Below, piece after piece: positions 40,896 to 54,352 of a stretch of DNA of 64,000 nt. Every line of letters begins with the position of its first letter. The stretch's first letter is position 1. This DNA comes from Ruditapes philippinarum (Eukaryota), in assembly GCF_026571515.1 (NCBI RefSeq), contig NW_026852876.1:1-64000 (forward strand), written 5' to 3'. Made by a program: the position numbers and the translations under genes. The notes under the pieces were generated by a model. The model had not been told where the DNA came from. It ran no database searches and saw only the letters and a list, made by a program, of their open reading frames with translations.

Positions 40896-41218
40896 AGGAA
40901 CTCCACTGAGGTTATTGACATGACCAGCCTGGAAATATTTTTCTGAGATTCGTCAACCATCTGGACCAATAACTTGTGTGCAAATTTTCAGATTATTTCC
41001 TCACCTCTTTTTTCCCAAAAAATCACTTTTATTGTGCAAAATAGCACAAAAATTAAAGGCATTGCAAAGCTTTTCACTATAATCGGACTAAAAATTATAA
41101 GCACAAAAAATCGATATTAAATCCTTTGCAGATTTTTCCATTTAAAGTGTTTCACTTGATTTATTAAAAAATTTCAAATTATGTACTTTGAGGCTTTTTC
41201 AACCTCAGTGAAGCTCCT
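40896..41218. mobile_element. Kolobok-like MITE (TTAA TSD), family copy 2
   Basis: TTAA|AGGAACTCCACTGAGGTT...AACCTCAGTGAAGCTCCT|TTAA; homologous to 27456-27852. Confidence 0.75.
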
Positions 41219-41890
41219 TTAAAAAATTCGATATAAAATATTTCAATAAAACAAGACCTGTTATTAGGACAGCAAGCTCGACTATTCTCAGTGCTTGATA
41301 GAAAAACAAGAGCATGGATAATGTATAATTTTCTAAGTACAAAAAGGGCCATAATTCTGTCAAAACACATGTTAGAGATAAAGGCCTTGAACAATGACCT
41401 ATTATGCCCTCAAATACGTGTCAAGTTTTAGCCCATTTCCTTCTGTAGTTTTAGAGATACCAAAGTGTGACACTGACACAGGGGTCCATACAATAGCTCC
41501 CCCTATTCTTCCAATAGTCCAGCATGTATTACAATTTTTAGTTGTAACTGGGATTGATTTTCTTTATTCCTTTAAAAATGGAAAAAACTGGGCATTAAAC
41601 AAGCTTCAAATAAATGCATTTGACAGTTAAGGGAAAAATGCCCTTAACAAAAAGGTAAAAAATTCTTAGTTGAAAAATGGCCAAAAAAATAATATTCAGA
41701 TTATCTACCCTTTTGAAAATGGTGTCATATTTTAAAAGTGAATGTGTATACCAAGTTTGAACTGAATAACTTTTGAGTTTCTGAGAATACGGACCTTTAA
41801 AAAAAAGTTAACCAACACCAATGATGACTAGAGGGTCATGAATATAGCTGCCCTATTTTTCTTAAAATGTGAAACTAAAAAATATTAAAG

Positions 41891-44800
41891 TTAAAGCTCA
41901 TCAGCTGTGTGAGAAGGAGGTTTCAGGTCAAATTTCTCTATTGCCCTTTTCATCGTCTTTACAACTGAAATGAGAACAAAGAAACACATGTTAAACAAAC
42001 TTTAACTCTAAAATAAAGTACAATTTTTTCAACAAAGAGTGCCATGATAATTATGCATATAGGAATCAATAATTTCACAGAAGATAGGCTAATTGCTTAC
42101 AAAATGAATCAATTCTTAATAACTTGAAAATCAAAATCAACCTGTGTTTTAATATTATATGCTTACATGCCAAATTGGAAGACAAGAACTGAAATCCTTC
42201 GAAAGACATTCTGATGAAACCACAAATTTCCCAAAGAAATTGCTTATAAGGGGCAAAACTCTTATCAACAAGATATGTTTGTAAAACATGTATGCCCCCT
42301 ATCAGCAGCCAATTAGTCATGTGATAAGGTTATTATGCATGACTTCTGACCCAGTGATCAAACAATTAATAAGGGTTATAAAGTATCTACTGGTCATGAC
42401 TTTGACCCCTTGACCCAAAACTCAATAGGGGTCATCTGCTGGTCACAACCAATCATCATACAAAGTTTGAAGTTCCTAGGCCTAGGCGTTTTTAGTAAAT
42501 TGATCAGAAACCGTTTTTACCTACAAGGTCAATGTGACCTTGACCTTTGACCCCTTGACCCCAAAATCAATAGGGGTCATCTGCTGGTCATGACCAATCA
42601 CCATGCCTAGGTTGAAGTTCCTAGGCCTAAGGGTTCTCTTATTATTGATCGGAAACCGTTTTAACATACAAGGTCAATGTGACCTTGACCTTTGACCCCA
42701 AAATCAATAGGGGTCATCTGCTGGTCATGACCAATCACCATGCCAAGTTTGAAGTTCCTAGGCCGAAGCGTTCTTTAGTTATTGATCAGAAACCGTTTTT
42801 ACTTACAAGGTCATTGTGACCTCGACCTTTGGCTTAATCCCAAAATCAATAGGAGTAATCTGCTGGTCATGACAAATCACCATACCAAGTTTGAAGTTCC
42901 TAGGCCTAAGTGTTCTTGAGTTATTGATCAGAAACCGTTTTTACTTACAAGGTCAATGTGACCTTGACCTTTGACCCCTTCACCTAAAACTCAATAGGGG
43001 TCATCTGCTGGTCATGACCAATCATCACACAAAGGTTGAAGTTCCTAGGCCTAAGCGTTTTTAGTAAATTGATCGGAAACCGTTTTTACCTACAAGGTCA
43101 ATGTGACCTTGACCTTTGACCCCTTGACCCCAAAATCAATAGGTCATCTGCTGGTCATGACCAATCACCATACCAAGTTTGAAGTTCCTAGGCATAAGGG
43201 TTCTTAAGTTATTGATCGGAAAGCATTTTTACCTACAAGGTCAATGTGACCTTGCCCTTTAACTCCTTAACCCCAAAATCAATAGGGGTCATCTGCTGGT
43301 CATGACCAATCACCATACCAAGTTTGAAGTTCCTAAGCCTAAGGGTTCTTTAGTTATTGATCGGAAACCGTTTTTACCTAAGAGGTCAATGTGACCTTGA
43401 CCTTTGACCCCTTGACCCCAAAATCAATAGGGGTCATCTACTGATCATGACCAATCACCATCTCAAGTTTGAAGGCCCTAGGCCTAAGGGTTCTTTCATT
43501 ATTGATCGGAAACTGTTTTTACCTACAAGGTCAATGTGACCTTGACCTTTGACCCCTTAACCCCAAAATCAATAGGGGTCATCTGATTGGTCATAACCAA
43601 TCACCATACCAAGTTTGAAGTTCCTAGGCCTTAAGGTTCTTTAGTTATTGATTGGAAACCGTTTTTACCTACAAGGTCAATGTGACCTTGACCTTTGACC
43701 CCTTGACCCCAAAATCAATAGGGGTCATCTACTGATCATGACCAATCACCATACCAAGTTTGAAGTTCCTAGGCCTTAAGGTTCTTTAGTTATTGATCGG
43801 AAACCGTTTTTGCTTAAAAGGTCAATGTGACCTTGACCTTTGACCCCTTGACCCCAAAATCAATAGGGGTCATCTACTGATCATGACCAATCACCATACC
43901 AAGTTTGAAGTTCCTACGCCTTAAGGTTCTTTAGTTATTGATCGGAAACCGTTTTTGCTTTCAAGGTCAATGTGACCTTGAACTTTGACACCTTAACCCC
44001 AAAATCAATAGGGGTCATCTACTGGTCATGACCAATCACCATACCAAATTTGAAGTTCCTAGCCCTTAAGGTTCTTTAGTTATTGATCGGAAACCGTTTT
44101 TGCTTTCAAGGTCAATGTGACCTTGACCTTTGACCCCTTGACCCCAAAATCAATAGGGGTCATTTACTGATCATGACCAATCACCATACCAAGTTTGAAG
44201 TTCCTAGGCCTTAAGGTTCTTTAGTTATTGATCGGAAACCGTTTTTGCTAACAAGGTCAATGTGACCTTGACCTTTGACCCCTTGACCCCAAAATCAATA
44301 GGGGTCATCTACTGATCATGACCAATCACCATACCAAGTTTGAAGTTCCTACGCCTTAAGGTTCTTTAGTTATTGATCGGAAACCGTTTTTGCTTTCAAG
44401 GTCAATGTGACCTTGAACTTTGACCCCTTGACCCCAAAATCAATAGGGGTCATCTACTGGTCATGACCAATCACCATACCAAGTTTGAAGTTCCTAGGCC
44501 TTAAGGTTCTTTAGTTATTGATCGGAAACCGTTTTTGCTTTCAAGGTCAATGTGACCTTTACCTTTGACCCCTTGACCCCAAAATCAATAGGGGTCATCT
44601 ACTGGTCATGACCAATCACCATACCAAGTTTGAAGTTCCTAGGCCTAAGGGTTCTTTAGTTATCACTCGGAAACCATTTGGTCTACGGACCGACGGACCG
44701 ACAGACCGACGGACTGACAAGTGCAAAGCAATATACCCCCTTTTCTTCGAAATGGGGGCATAATAAGGAGTCGATTGCATCTAAATCTTACTTAATGTGT

Positions 44801-47800
44801 GTTTTGATATATTATCCTTAATTGTCAGTTATTATGCAGGAACCAATTGTTTACTGACATATGGATGACAAAACGGACCATTATTTATATACCATATTCA
44901 CTAATATTGAAAAAAGGGGTGTGTGATTGCCTACACTAAATGGTAATAACTTGTAAACAGTTAGGTTGGTTGGGTTGAACAATCACTGATTACACTGTTG
45001 TTTGACAACAAAATTTGTTAATATCAACATAAACACCAGAAAGACAAACTACACTATGTGCTAAGTTGAGCTAAATAAAATGACTTACTTCCTTCTGGAT
45101 TATGATAGTAATATTTATATTTAGCATTTCCTCCCTCGTGGATTAAATCATCTCTTACTTCACCTTCATCTAAAAGACAATAAAATCATACTAAATTGCA
45201 AACTCCATCAAGAAAAAGAGGACAATCCAAAGTATCTTATAATCTACATTTCAAATATGAAAAATATTGGTCAAAATATGAAGTTGCTAAGATAAACTGT
45301 AGGAAAGCGCAACCAAACTATGGAATGACAGAAGGATAAAGCAGTGACTACTGTACTTGTATGTGTTGAAAAGTTAGCGAATTCAAAATTCTAGACATTT
45401 TACCTTAGGAAATATTAGCTAATAGTGCAAGCATAAAATTTAATGACAGGTTGGTTGATATTTACGCTAGAGGAAATTTAGGCGATATTCGCAAATATTT
45501 TTGCGTCGCAACCTTAAACACTTATACAGTATATATATGCTCTCCGAACTTTTCCAGGGAGTATTTTTCAGGGAACATAACAAATAAAGAATGCTGATTT
45601 CTTTCATTCCATACCTGATACCAATGTACATGTATATAGGCTATTTTAGTAATGACTATCATCACTCAATGGTTTCTAAATTGCATATATTAAGCTAAAG
45701 AACATAATTATAAGCTATTCTGAATGAAATGCTATTTATAATAACTTACATATGAACAATATTCTAGGTATATATCCACCATCTGGAGCATATTTTGAAT
45801 CTTTAGGTTCATCATCATCCTTCAAAAAAATAATAAAATAAAATTATTACTGCATAAAATAATATTTGTGTTTGCTGGGTTTTTTATGTCACAGTATATG
45901 GGGAGTTTGCTGCTTTACTGGTGCAGAGAGAATTCAGATGCCCCTTTGTGAGTAGAGACACCAACGTTCCATAAGCTAGCAGGATCGCTTCCTCTCATAA
46001 AAGAATGATTCAAAGTCAAAAACCTAAAACACTTTGCCACAGGCACCTTAGAATAATTTGATTCATTCCACACCAAAAAGCTTAGATAAAAGCTGGAATG
46101 TGGCAAAGAAAGTAACCTGTGGGGTATAAAAGACTTTCAAAACTACGTATATTTAACTATCATACATGAACTTATCCATTATATAATAAAATAGGTCAAG
46201 TGATAGGTTTTGAACTTACAAGTGCATTCACCATGTGAAAATGTGGGCTGAGTTCTTCTATATCAACAGACTCCTCAAACTTAGGTTTTAAAGCTGAAAA
46301 ATAACACATAAATTCTATAGCTTTAATGTTTAAAGAGACTATTTGTGAATATACAATATATAATGCCACCGATATGACAACTTATCAATACCATAAAATA
46401 AGTATTACTCGTGTAGGACAAAATTTTGTGTATTTGGCACTCAAAAAAATGCGCAAATTAAAGTCTGCACTATTATAAATCTTAACAAATCTGTTAAAGA
46501 TGTTCAAATCAGACAGAATCTTTAATAGTACTAAAATTGGCATTAAAATGCCTCACTTTTTTTTTAAGACAGTCAACCTCATTTTTTCACAGACTTTTTA
46601 TCAAAAGTGTTTTTTTCATTTTTTCAATCTTAAATTCCACTAATTGAAATTTCAAAATTTCATATCCAGTTGAAATAATGTTTTGTTTTCAACAACAAAT
46701 TACAAATAGGGCCTATATAATTTTTGTCATTGGATAAGTAATAGCAAGTACCAAATTACTTTACACTATTATATCAAAACAAGTGTAAATTACCTTTACA
46801 AGCTCCGCACCATGATTTATGGATCACCAGCATCACTGGTCTTTTACTGAAACATCAACATAAATACATGTACATATATATTTAATATATAAACATTATA
46901 ATTGAACCGCGCCATGACAAAACAAAATGGATTTGCAACCAGCATGGATCCAGACCAGCCTAAGCATCCGCGCAGTCTGATCAGGATCCATGCTGTTCGC
47001 TATCAGTTTCTTTACTTGTTATAGGGTTGGTAAGCGAACAGCATGAATCCTGATCAGACTGCACGGATGCGCAGGCTGGTCTGGATCCATGCTGGTCGCA
47101 AACCCATTAAGTTGGTTTTGTCATGATGCGGCTCATATCTTTTTTTCATCTGGTCAACTATGCAATCAGAATTTAGGAATATGATGTGTTATCCTACAGA
47201 TGACCAACTTGATTTGTAGAGTTTCCTTCAAGACCTTGGGACATAATACATGTATAAATAACTTTCTTGGAGGCAGGTTTATCAGGTATTGTAAACTGTC
47301 AAATCCAAATCAAAGTCCCAATAATTATAACCTTCCTTCATACCAAGTTTGATTGTAATTTTTTTTTATTATTACTATTATCATTTGTATCATTATTATA
47401 ATTATTGACAGGAAACCATTTTTCTATCTATAGTAACAATGACCTTAACCCTAGGGTGGCAAAAGATATTCTGAGTGAGGTCTCCATATTAGCTTGCTTA
47501 ATATCAAATTTGATTGAAATTATCTTGTTCCTTCCTCGAATCATGAACATGAAACCATTTTTCTATGCCAAGTCAAGTATTCTTTATAAGGTGTAGAGGG
47601 CAATCATATGCCTGAGCCCTGCTCTTAAGCACAAAAATTGCAACAATATGTGAGACATTGGTAATCATTTTCAAAACCTTCATTAGGCTAAAAAAACAAC
47701 TTACGTTTCTTCAGAATCCTTCAATGCATCCTTAAGGGTCTGCCATTTTATTTTATCATTCCAACCTGAATATAAATCATTAGATTAGTCATGGTGTTGA

Positions 47801-50800
47801 AAAATAACATTAGAAAGTGTTATAAATTATAATGAATAATGATTAACCCCGCGCTTCTAGGGCTGTAACAAACCACCAACCTCTTGCAGGTTCACGTGAG
47901 CCTTATAAAATTTAAATACAAAATTAATATTCACCTGGCCTTGTATTGCCAGATTCGTTAACTTTTGGAAATTAGTTCTTAGAGAAATTATTTGTTACAT
48001 TTCAATATCAAAACATTTATTATAACTAATATTTGCGTAACAAAACAAGCTTTATCATAGAAAAAGGACCATGATACCATAAATATGGTCATGATTTCTA
48101 TGATGAAATAGTAGGCCACTAAATTCAAAGTAAAAGTTAAATACAACATGCAAAACTGCACTGAACTTACTGAAGGTCTAGATAAAAGGAACATGCATAA
48201 AAATTCAAAAGTTGAGGTAAAGTTCATGCAAAGTATAGTCTTTTTCAAGAAACAAATTTTCTTCGAAGAGAATTTTCTTCGAGACATTTAACTGTTTCAG
48301 TCCCTATCTTATACCAAAACAAATCATTGGTGACAAGAATTGTCATAAAACTTTGTTTTTCACCAATATTTAAATATAATAACATGTGTATCCTAATCCC
48401 TTTAGAAATGTCAGAGGCGTTATGTACAGAACAATATTCCTCTATTATTACTTAAAAATTATACCATAATTTCCCTAAAAATGATTAAATAAAAACGAAT
48501 ATTCCTCTATTATTACTTAAAAATTATACCATAATTTCCCTAAAAATGATTAAATAAAAACAAACAATTATATGATAATACATGTATCTTTGAGGCACTT
48601 AAAGATGAAATAATTCTGTGAAAATTGGGGTGTTTTTTTTGGTTGTGTTTAATGTAGCACCAACACAGAAAAGGTTATAATATTATGGTGACTTTCCAGG
48701 TTGACTTGTAAGCAAAACCTCAGGAGGCTCAGGTTCCCCTTTCAGGTTCAAACGGGCACCTCAGTAGAACCATGTGATGTTCTGCACACCAGCTGGATAC
48801 CTTCCTTACAAGAAAGAACTCAAAGTCCCTGACAATATTCAAATGAGTAAAGAAATTTTGTTAAATTTTTTATTGGACATCTTTTAACTGTGACTGAATG
48901 TCTAAACAATTGAATAAAACAAAACCTCCAGGTGTGAACTATCTTGGGAGTGAAATGTCTTGGACATGAAACGTTTAACATTCCTTCATAACCAATGAGC
49001 TTTTTTTCATTAACTGAGTAACATGCACATTATGTATACACAGCAAGCTGGGGAAAAAATGCAAACACAGACATTGGCCAGACAGATAAAGTACAAAAGC
49101 AACTCATGCATGGACCAGTGTTAATGACCATTTAAGGCAGGGATACACAACTTACCTGTGTAAAGTTTCAAGCTTTAATAAATAAAATTGAGTGATACAT
49201 GAACAGTTTACACATGCATAATTTCTTTTTTCCACTAACAAGAAGGCAATGATGGCCATTTCATTAATGCAGCTGTACATGTAATTACAAAAAAATAAGG
49301 CTCTGGGTAAAAATTTAACCCTAGCATTTCAGAGGGAGAATTGAAATTGTAGACACAATGAAAGAGTCAGTGGTTGCTATGGAACATCAATTGTTGGAAT
49401 AAAAGTCACTGGTTGCAACAGAAAGTCTATGGTTGCTATTGTAAGTCAATGGTTGCTATGGCAGTCACTGATTGCTATGGCAGTCACTGATTGCCATGGA
49501 AGTAACTAACACTATTTCCTGCTAAATATCTTATTTCTAGCGTTTTTGGGCTTGGATGGTAAAAATAACAAAATCTTTAGCCCTTGTGGCTTTACAGGGA
49601 AAGTTTGTTGTTTTTTTTAAATTTCCATGTATCAATCAAAGAAAATCTATCGCCACAGGGTAGGACCAATTTTGACCTAAGGGCTATTATTTTTACAAGC
49701 TTGGTCAAGACTCACTGGACCAGGTTTCATGTCCATTATTTTAGATCTTAAGCTACATTTTTATAATGCCAAGCTTTCAATGAAGATCTTTAAAGATTGC
49801 ATTCTTAAATTATATATTTTGCTTTGGTTATGTGCATTAGGCCATAACCATTTGAATAAAGATACTTCAGTAAAGCTTCAGGCAAAGAACACTTCTGGTA
49901 AGTTTCATCAAATCTAGTCATGTGGTTTCAGTGGTAATGCCATTTGTATTGTGGATGACTGAAGATGATCAACAGACAGGCAACAATCCTAAAAGCTCAC
50001 ATTGTAGCCTATATCGCTAATGAGTTAATTATGGAAACAGGAAAGCCCTGTTCTACTTTTAAGTGTATCCACCTTTGGCATAAAAAAAACAAATTGTACA
50101 TGACTGTACGAAAGATTGGTGGTTTTTGTGACTTTTCTCTTTGACATTGTCTACATAGGCCTACAATGCAAGCATTTAAAATTGTTCAACATTAATATTT
50201 AATACCCCAATAGAATAGAATAAATATACCTAGCCTATATATTTCCAATTATGGGACTTTTCATTAATTACTTAATAACATAATTGTACACGCCTAATAA
50301 ATGTATCATAACCGTATATTAAAACTCAATTTAAACAATATAATCAACAATATTATATATGAATAGAATGGCAGATCCAGAGTGCATTTTTGGGGGTGGG
50401 GGTGGGGGGATGGGGTCAGGGCCAGGTTCCAGTCAGCCAATGTCTGGCGACTGAGGGGCAACCTGGACACTACTTTAGCACTGTACGTTTAGTTTAAATA
50501 ATATTGTTCTCTGAAGGTGTCAACAAATATTATCATCAAGGTACAATAATTCGTGTTTATTCATTATATAGGGGCTATTGATTTCATGTTATTTCTTATT
50601 TGTTTGACTGTTTTTCTCATTTATCACTTGTTTATTGACTGACAAATTACGAACTTGATTTGTCAGTTTATCAATATCAGGCTTTTTCACAACATCTTGA
50701 AACAAAACAAAAAAATCATACACTCTCTTTAAAAAAGTGTCTATAAATATTTATTAATGAAGCGTATACCGTTTGAAAGGTCTTTTGATAAACAAAGTGT

Positions 50801-50845
50801 TGAAACTGCAACAAGAAGCGTGACAATAAATGTGACGTGTGCCAT
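41891..50845 (-). CDS. TXNDC12: Thioredoxin domain-containing protein 12 (ERp18/ERp19), 7 exons, 162 aa
   Basis: Exons 50845-50770, 47765-47705, 46846-46794, 46293-46220, 45819-45750, 45169-45089, 41964-41891 join in frame (489 nt). Signal peptide [20 protein letters not shown], then [52 protein letters not shown] and C-terminal ER-retention ADEL. Confidence 0.95.
42267..44766 (+). mobile_element. Helentron-like element with an expanded array of ~16 x 145-bp units
   Basis: AATAGGGGTCATCT marker recurs at ~42424, 42569, 42706, 42847, 42993, 43138, 43281, 43426, 43571, 43717, 43862, 44007, 44152, 44297, 44442, 44587. 5' AACAAG end, GGAC/GACC microsatellite and 3' CCCCC...GGGGG hairpin. Lies in the last intron of TXNDC12. 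Confidence 0.85.
46904..47134. mobile_element. Hairpin MITE, Sola-like, copy 2
   Basis: Homologous to 39676-39897; long internal palindrome CAGCATGGATCCAGACCAGCCT...AGGCTGGTCTGGATCCATGCTG. Confidence 0.8.
48433..48561. repeat. ~65-bp direct tandem duplication
   Basis: AATATTCCTCTATTATTACTTAAAAATTATACCATAATTTCCCTAAAAATGATTAAATAAAAAC present twice. Confidence 0.9.
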
Positions 50846-51153
50846 TTTAAAATGTTTACAGTAATCTGCTGTTTCCTTGTCTGACTTGTTCCCCTGACGA
50901 AATGAGCAGGAGACCAGTCTGGGTTTTATTGGTATGACTAAAAGATGAAAGGAAATGTTTTGGCACAAAGGGCGTAAAGAAGTGTAAATTTGAAATATAC
51001 TAACAATTAGTTCTGGCTTCCTTAACTTTATATGTCGCTTTTTATTTAGTAAATGTCTAGCAGTATTATAAAACCTGTTCGTTGAAGTCTCTTTTAATAG
51101 CTAACTAACAATGTAAGGATTTTTTGATGGTTTTAGTCAAAAAATGGGCATAC

Positions 51154-53014
51154 TATGGAATGCCGGTAGGGACATGCCACTTTGCTTATTTGCCAACTTC
51201 TGAATTGCTTATTTGCTAATTGCTGATTTGCCAATTTGCTTATTTGCTAATTGCTGATTTGCTTATTTGCTAATTGCTTATTTGCTTATATACATAAATT
51301 TGTATGCTATTGTCAGGCGATACGTCCGACTCGCGGAGTACGTTCTTGTTTGATATGAAATAACAAGTCTTTGTTGACTTTATTTCAAGCTCATGAACCT
51401 ATATCATGTTATTATGTTTATAAAGTTTTGGTGAATTATACTTGGGACAATTATGAGGCAATCCATCATTACCTAGAATATAGGTAGAAAGGCAGATGGA
51501 TACTTTTTATTCAATTTCGAAAAAAGAAATAAATTCAGTATCAAAAAGTAGTTGTTCTTTTTAATTATCTTGAGTTTCAGTTTTAGCACTAGGGATGCTA
51601 TTCTATCCACCAAGGCATTGGTTTTCTTGGTAACTTGTTTTTTCTGTCATATCTCTGTTACATTTGCTGATTCATGCATCTTACTGCAACTTTGCATAAA
51701 CTTTGCGTTACAAGCATGCATACAAAGTACATGAAGAAGCTGTGCCCCTTATATACTGAATGCCAAAGGTCACCAAAGTATTGTACTACAAAGCCTTTGT
51801 TTTTTTTGTCAATATCTCTGTTACTATTGCTTACATCTAACTGTAACTTCACATAAGCATTAAATAGGCATCACGCATACACAATATTCAAAGAGGCTTT
51901 GTCCATTATACCTAGGTCATGATCATGGTCATGGTCACCTGATGGCAATGTAAAAATGTTTAACATGAAGAAACGGAAAAGTGTGACCGAAATTTTACAG
52001 AGCTAAAAACGAAGCCTATTGCTTAAATGCAAAGATAAACACCCATATTTGGCATGCACCAATTGGATCATTCGTCATACTATGTGTTCGTACCACTAAA
52101 ATGAGGCCCTACATGACAAATCTGCTGAGAATAACGACATTTTATATGCCATAAAATAAGAAATAGTTTTGTTTTCAAGTTCTTTTATTTTTCAATCTTT
52201 ACCCAATAATTTCACTTATATATGACTATATCAAGTGTTTATTATGCCATAATCTCTGACTTAGGCTGCACAAACAGATCTATAGCTGCAACACATTATA
52301 AGGCATTCTCAAGCACAGACGCTGGGGGTCAGATCCTGTCCCCAACGTGATACGCCTCTGTAAAGACTATATCAAAACTATTCTATTATTTATTTTAATA
52401 CGAATTTGACATCCGTTACAACGATAAAACCATTAAGTACTTTATTGAGACTTGGTGGTATATGGTATTTTTTCATACTGGTATATTAAAAATTGTTTGA
52501 AAACCAGTTTTAACGATGTCCAATTCTTGTTTAAATATTAAAATATTTTTAATAGAGTGTTTACAAGGTCACGTATCACGTTGGGGTTCGGGATCTGACC
52601 CCAAGCGTCTATAGTTCTCAAGGACATGTCAGCCATCAGTTGTAGACATATATCTGCGTAGGTATCACAGCAATTAAATTCATTGACCAACAGTATTCTT
52701 GGAAAAACACTGAATTTACAAGAATACTGTTGGTAAAAGTGAACAGATATGACTCAACTGGTTGTTTTTCATATACTTCCGGCACAGTGTAAACTATTTC
52801 TATTGCAAAAAAGCAAATTAGCAATTGGCAAATAAGCAAATACGTTAACCAGCGGTTAACAAATAAGCAAATTAGCAATTCAGCAATTGGCAAATAAGCA
52901 AATTTGTCATTAAGCCTATCAGCCATTGGCAAATAAGCAAATCGGCAATTAGCAAATAAGCAATTCAGCAAGTGGCAAATAAGCAAATTGGCATGTCCCT
53001 ACCGGCATTCCATA
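51154..53014. mobile_element. IS3EU-like non-autonomous DNA transposon (TATGG...CCATA, 6-bp TSD GCATAC)
   Basis: Perfect 26-bp TIR TATGGAATGCCGGTAGGGACATGCCA; subterminal GCTTATTTGC(C/T)AAT repeats in inverted orientation at both ends; GCATAC at 51148-51153 and 53015-53020. Confidence 0.85.
52317..52610. mobile_element. Small TIR element nested in the IS3EU-like element
   Basis: AGACGCTGGGGGTCAGATCCTGTCCCCAACGTGATACG / CGTATCACGTTGGGGTTCGGGATCTGACCCCAAGCGTCT inverted repeats; TSD unclear. Confidence 0.65.
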
Positions 53015-53069
53015 GCATACAGTAAATCCAAAAATGTTAGATAATTAAAACAATTGCTGTAAGCCGATG

Positions 53070-54352
53070 CAAAGCAACCCGGTCCTATTTAGTCAATCCG
53101 AACCCTAGGTCAATCTTGTTGGTCTGGGACACAAAGTTTTGTTCCAGCTCTGGTCAACTCGGTCCCATTTTATTTGATTATTAATTTAAGTAATTTTTTC
53201 ACACTTTTGATTTAAAAAAAAGAAATGTGGATAATAATCAAGATACATGTATTTTACTAGTAAAATAAACGAAGGAAGAGACTTCAAGATGTCTAAAAAG
53301 TTTAAAACTTATCATCAGGGTATAAATTTTGATAGGTACTTTTGTACGTTCCCAGTTCCTGTCATCACCTAGCTTTATTTTCCTTTCAAGCAAACGATAA
53401 ATAAAAGAGCACATTAGTTAATATCAACTTTTCCTAATTTCTGTAAACACAAACATAATGTCAACTAGTTGTAACTACAAACGAATATATAATATGTTCT
53501 TTTTGAAACACATTCTGAACATTGCTTGATAACACGTACTAATCTTTTACTATAATCTTCATCTACTTCTACTTCTTTTCTCCCGATTCTGGGTCTGTGC
53601 ATATAAAGTAGAAACGGCCTTCAGGCTGTTGCAGACAGCGCTTTTGATCGGTATGTATCAAAGATATGTTTACAAGACAAAAACACAAAGTAAGTCATAA
53701 ATTATTTTTATGCTTATTTAAATAAATTAAATTGTTTAAACACCTGCTATATATACACCATACCTTGATATCCGGCAGCAGTTCCTAAGATAAAAATATA
53801 AGTAAAAACATTTCATCAAATAGAACGCTCACAATATTAACGATCTAGTACACGGGCATTCAGTAAATATTGATATATTACAATCATTCATTTTCGATTA
53901 AAAAATATTGTTCGATATTTAAAGAAAATGTCGTCATAACAATTAACTGAAAAGTTAGTTTTCTTCTCATTATGGTTCAAGTGAGTTCATAATTTTTGAA
54001 TAGTCGAAGTTTTGATATCCCAATAAATAATCTAAATGACAATTTTTATTGTCTGGAGCCAAACTCCAATACTATTGGTCGGATTGACTCCAAGCTTGGT
54101 ATGCATGCTCCTTTCAATGACCTGAAGTGCAGCACAAGAATCTTCACACTGCACTTCTTATTTTTTGAGTTATTGCCCACTGTTAATTTTCATACTTTAT
54201 TTTATCCGGGCCAATTCTCCTAAGCTTAAAAAGCTATTGACTTGAAACTTCATATGATGACGAATTCATCTCATTGAAAAGAAGTGCAGTGCACAAAAAA
54301 AAAATATTTTGGGTCCGACTTAACTTGGGTCCGGGTTGACTTGGGGCGGATT
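53070..54352. mobile_element. Degenerate TIR element with GTCAACTCGGTCC-type subterminal repeats (Mutator-like MITE)
   Basis: Left GGTCAACTCGGTCCCA-like motifs at 53075-53167; right TGGGTCCGACTTAACTTGGGTCCGGGTTGAC at 54310-54340. Confidence 0.4.

Noticed and set aside
42400-44700. Regularly spaced repeats resembling a CRISPR array
   Set aside because: Whole 145-bp units repeat with no unique spacers, there are no cas genes, and the context is a eukaryotic intron.
51540-51860. Cys/His-containing reading frames inside the IS3EU-like element
   Set aside because: Interrupted by stops, with no motif I can assign; cannot be called a transposase or captured gene.
52636-52986. 116-aa Leu/Ile/Cys-rich ORF
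   Set aside because: Translation of the subterminal repeats of the IS3EU-like element.
53289-53335. Alternative candidate for MTREX exon 1 (ATGTCTAAAAAG...GATAG|GT)
   Set aside because: No similarity to the MTR4 N-terminus and it lies within a repeat; 55040-55183 fits much better.
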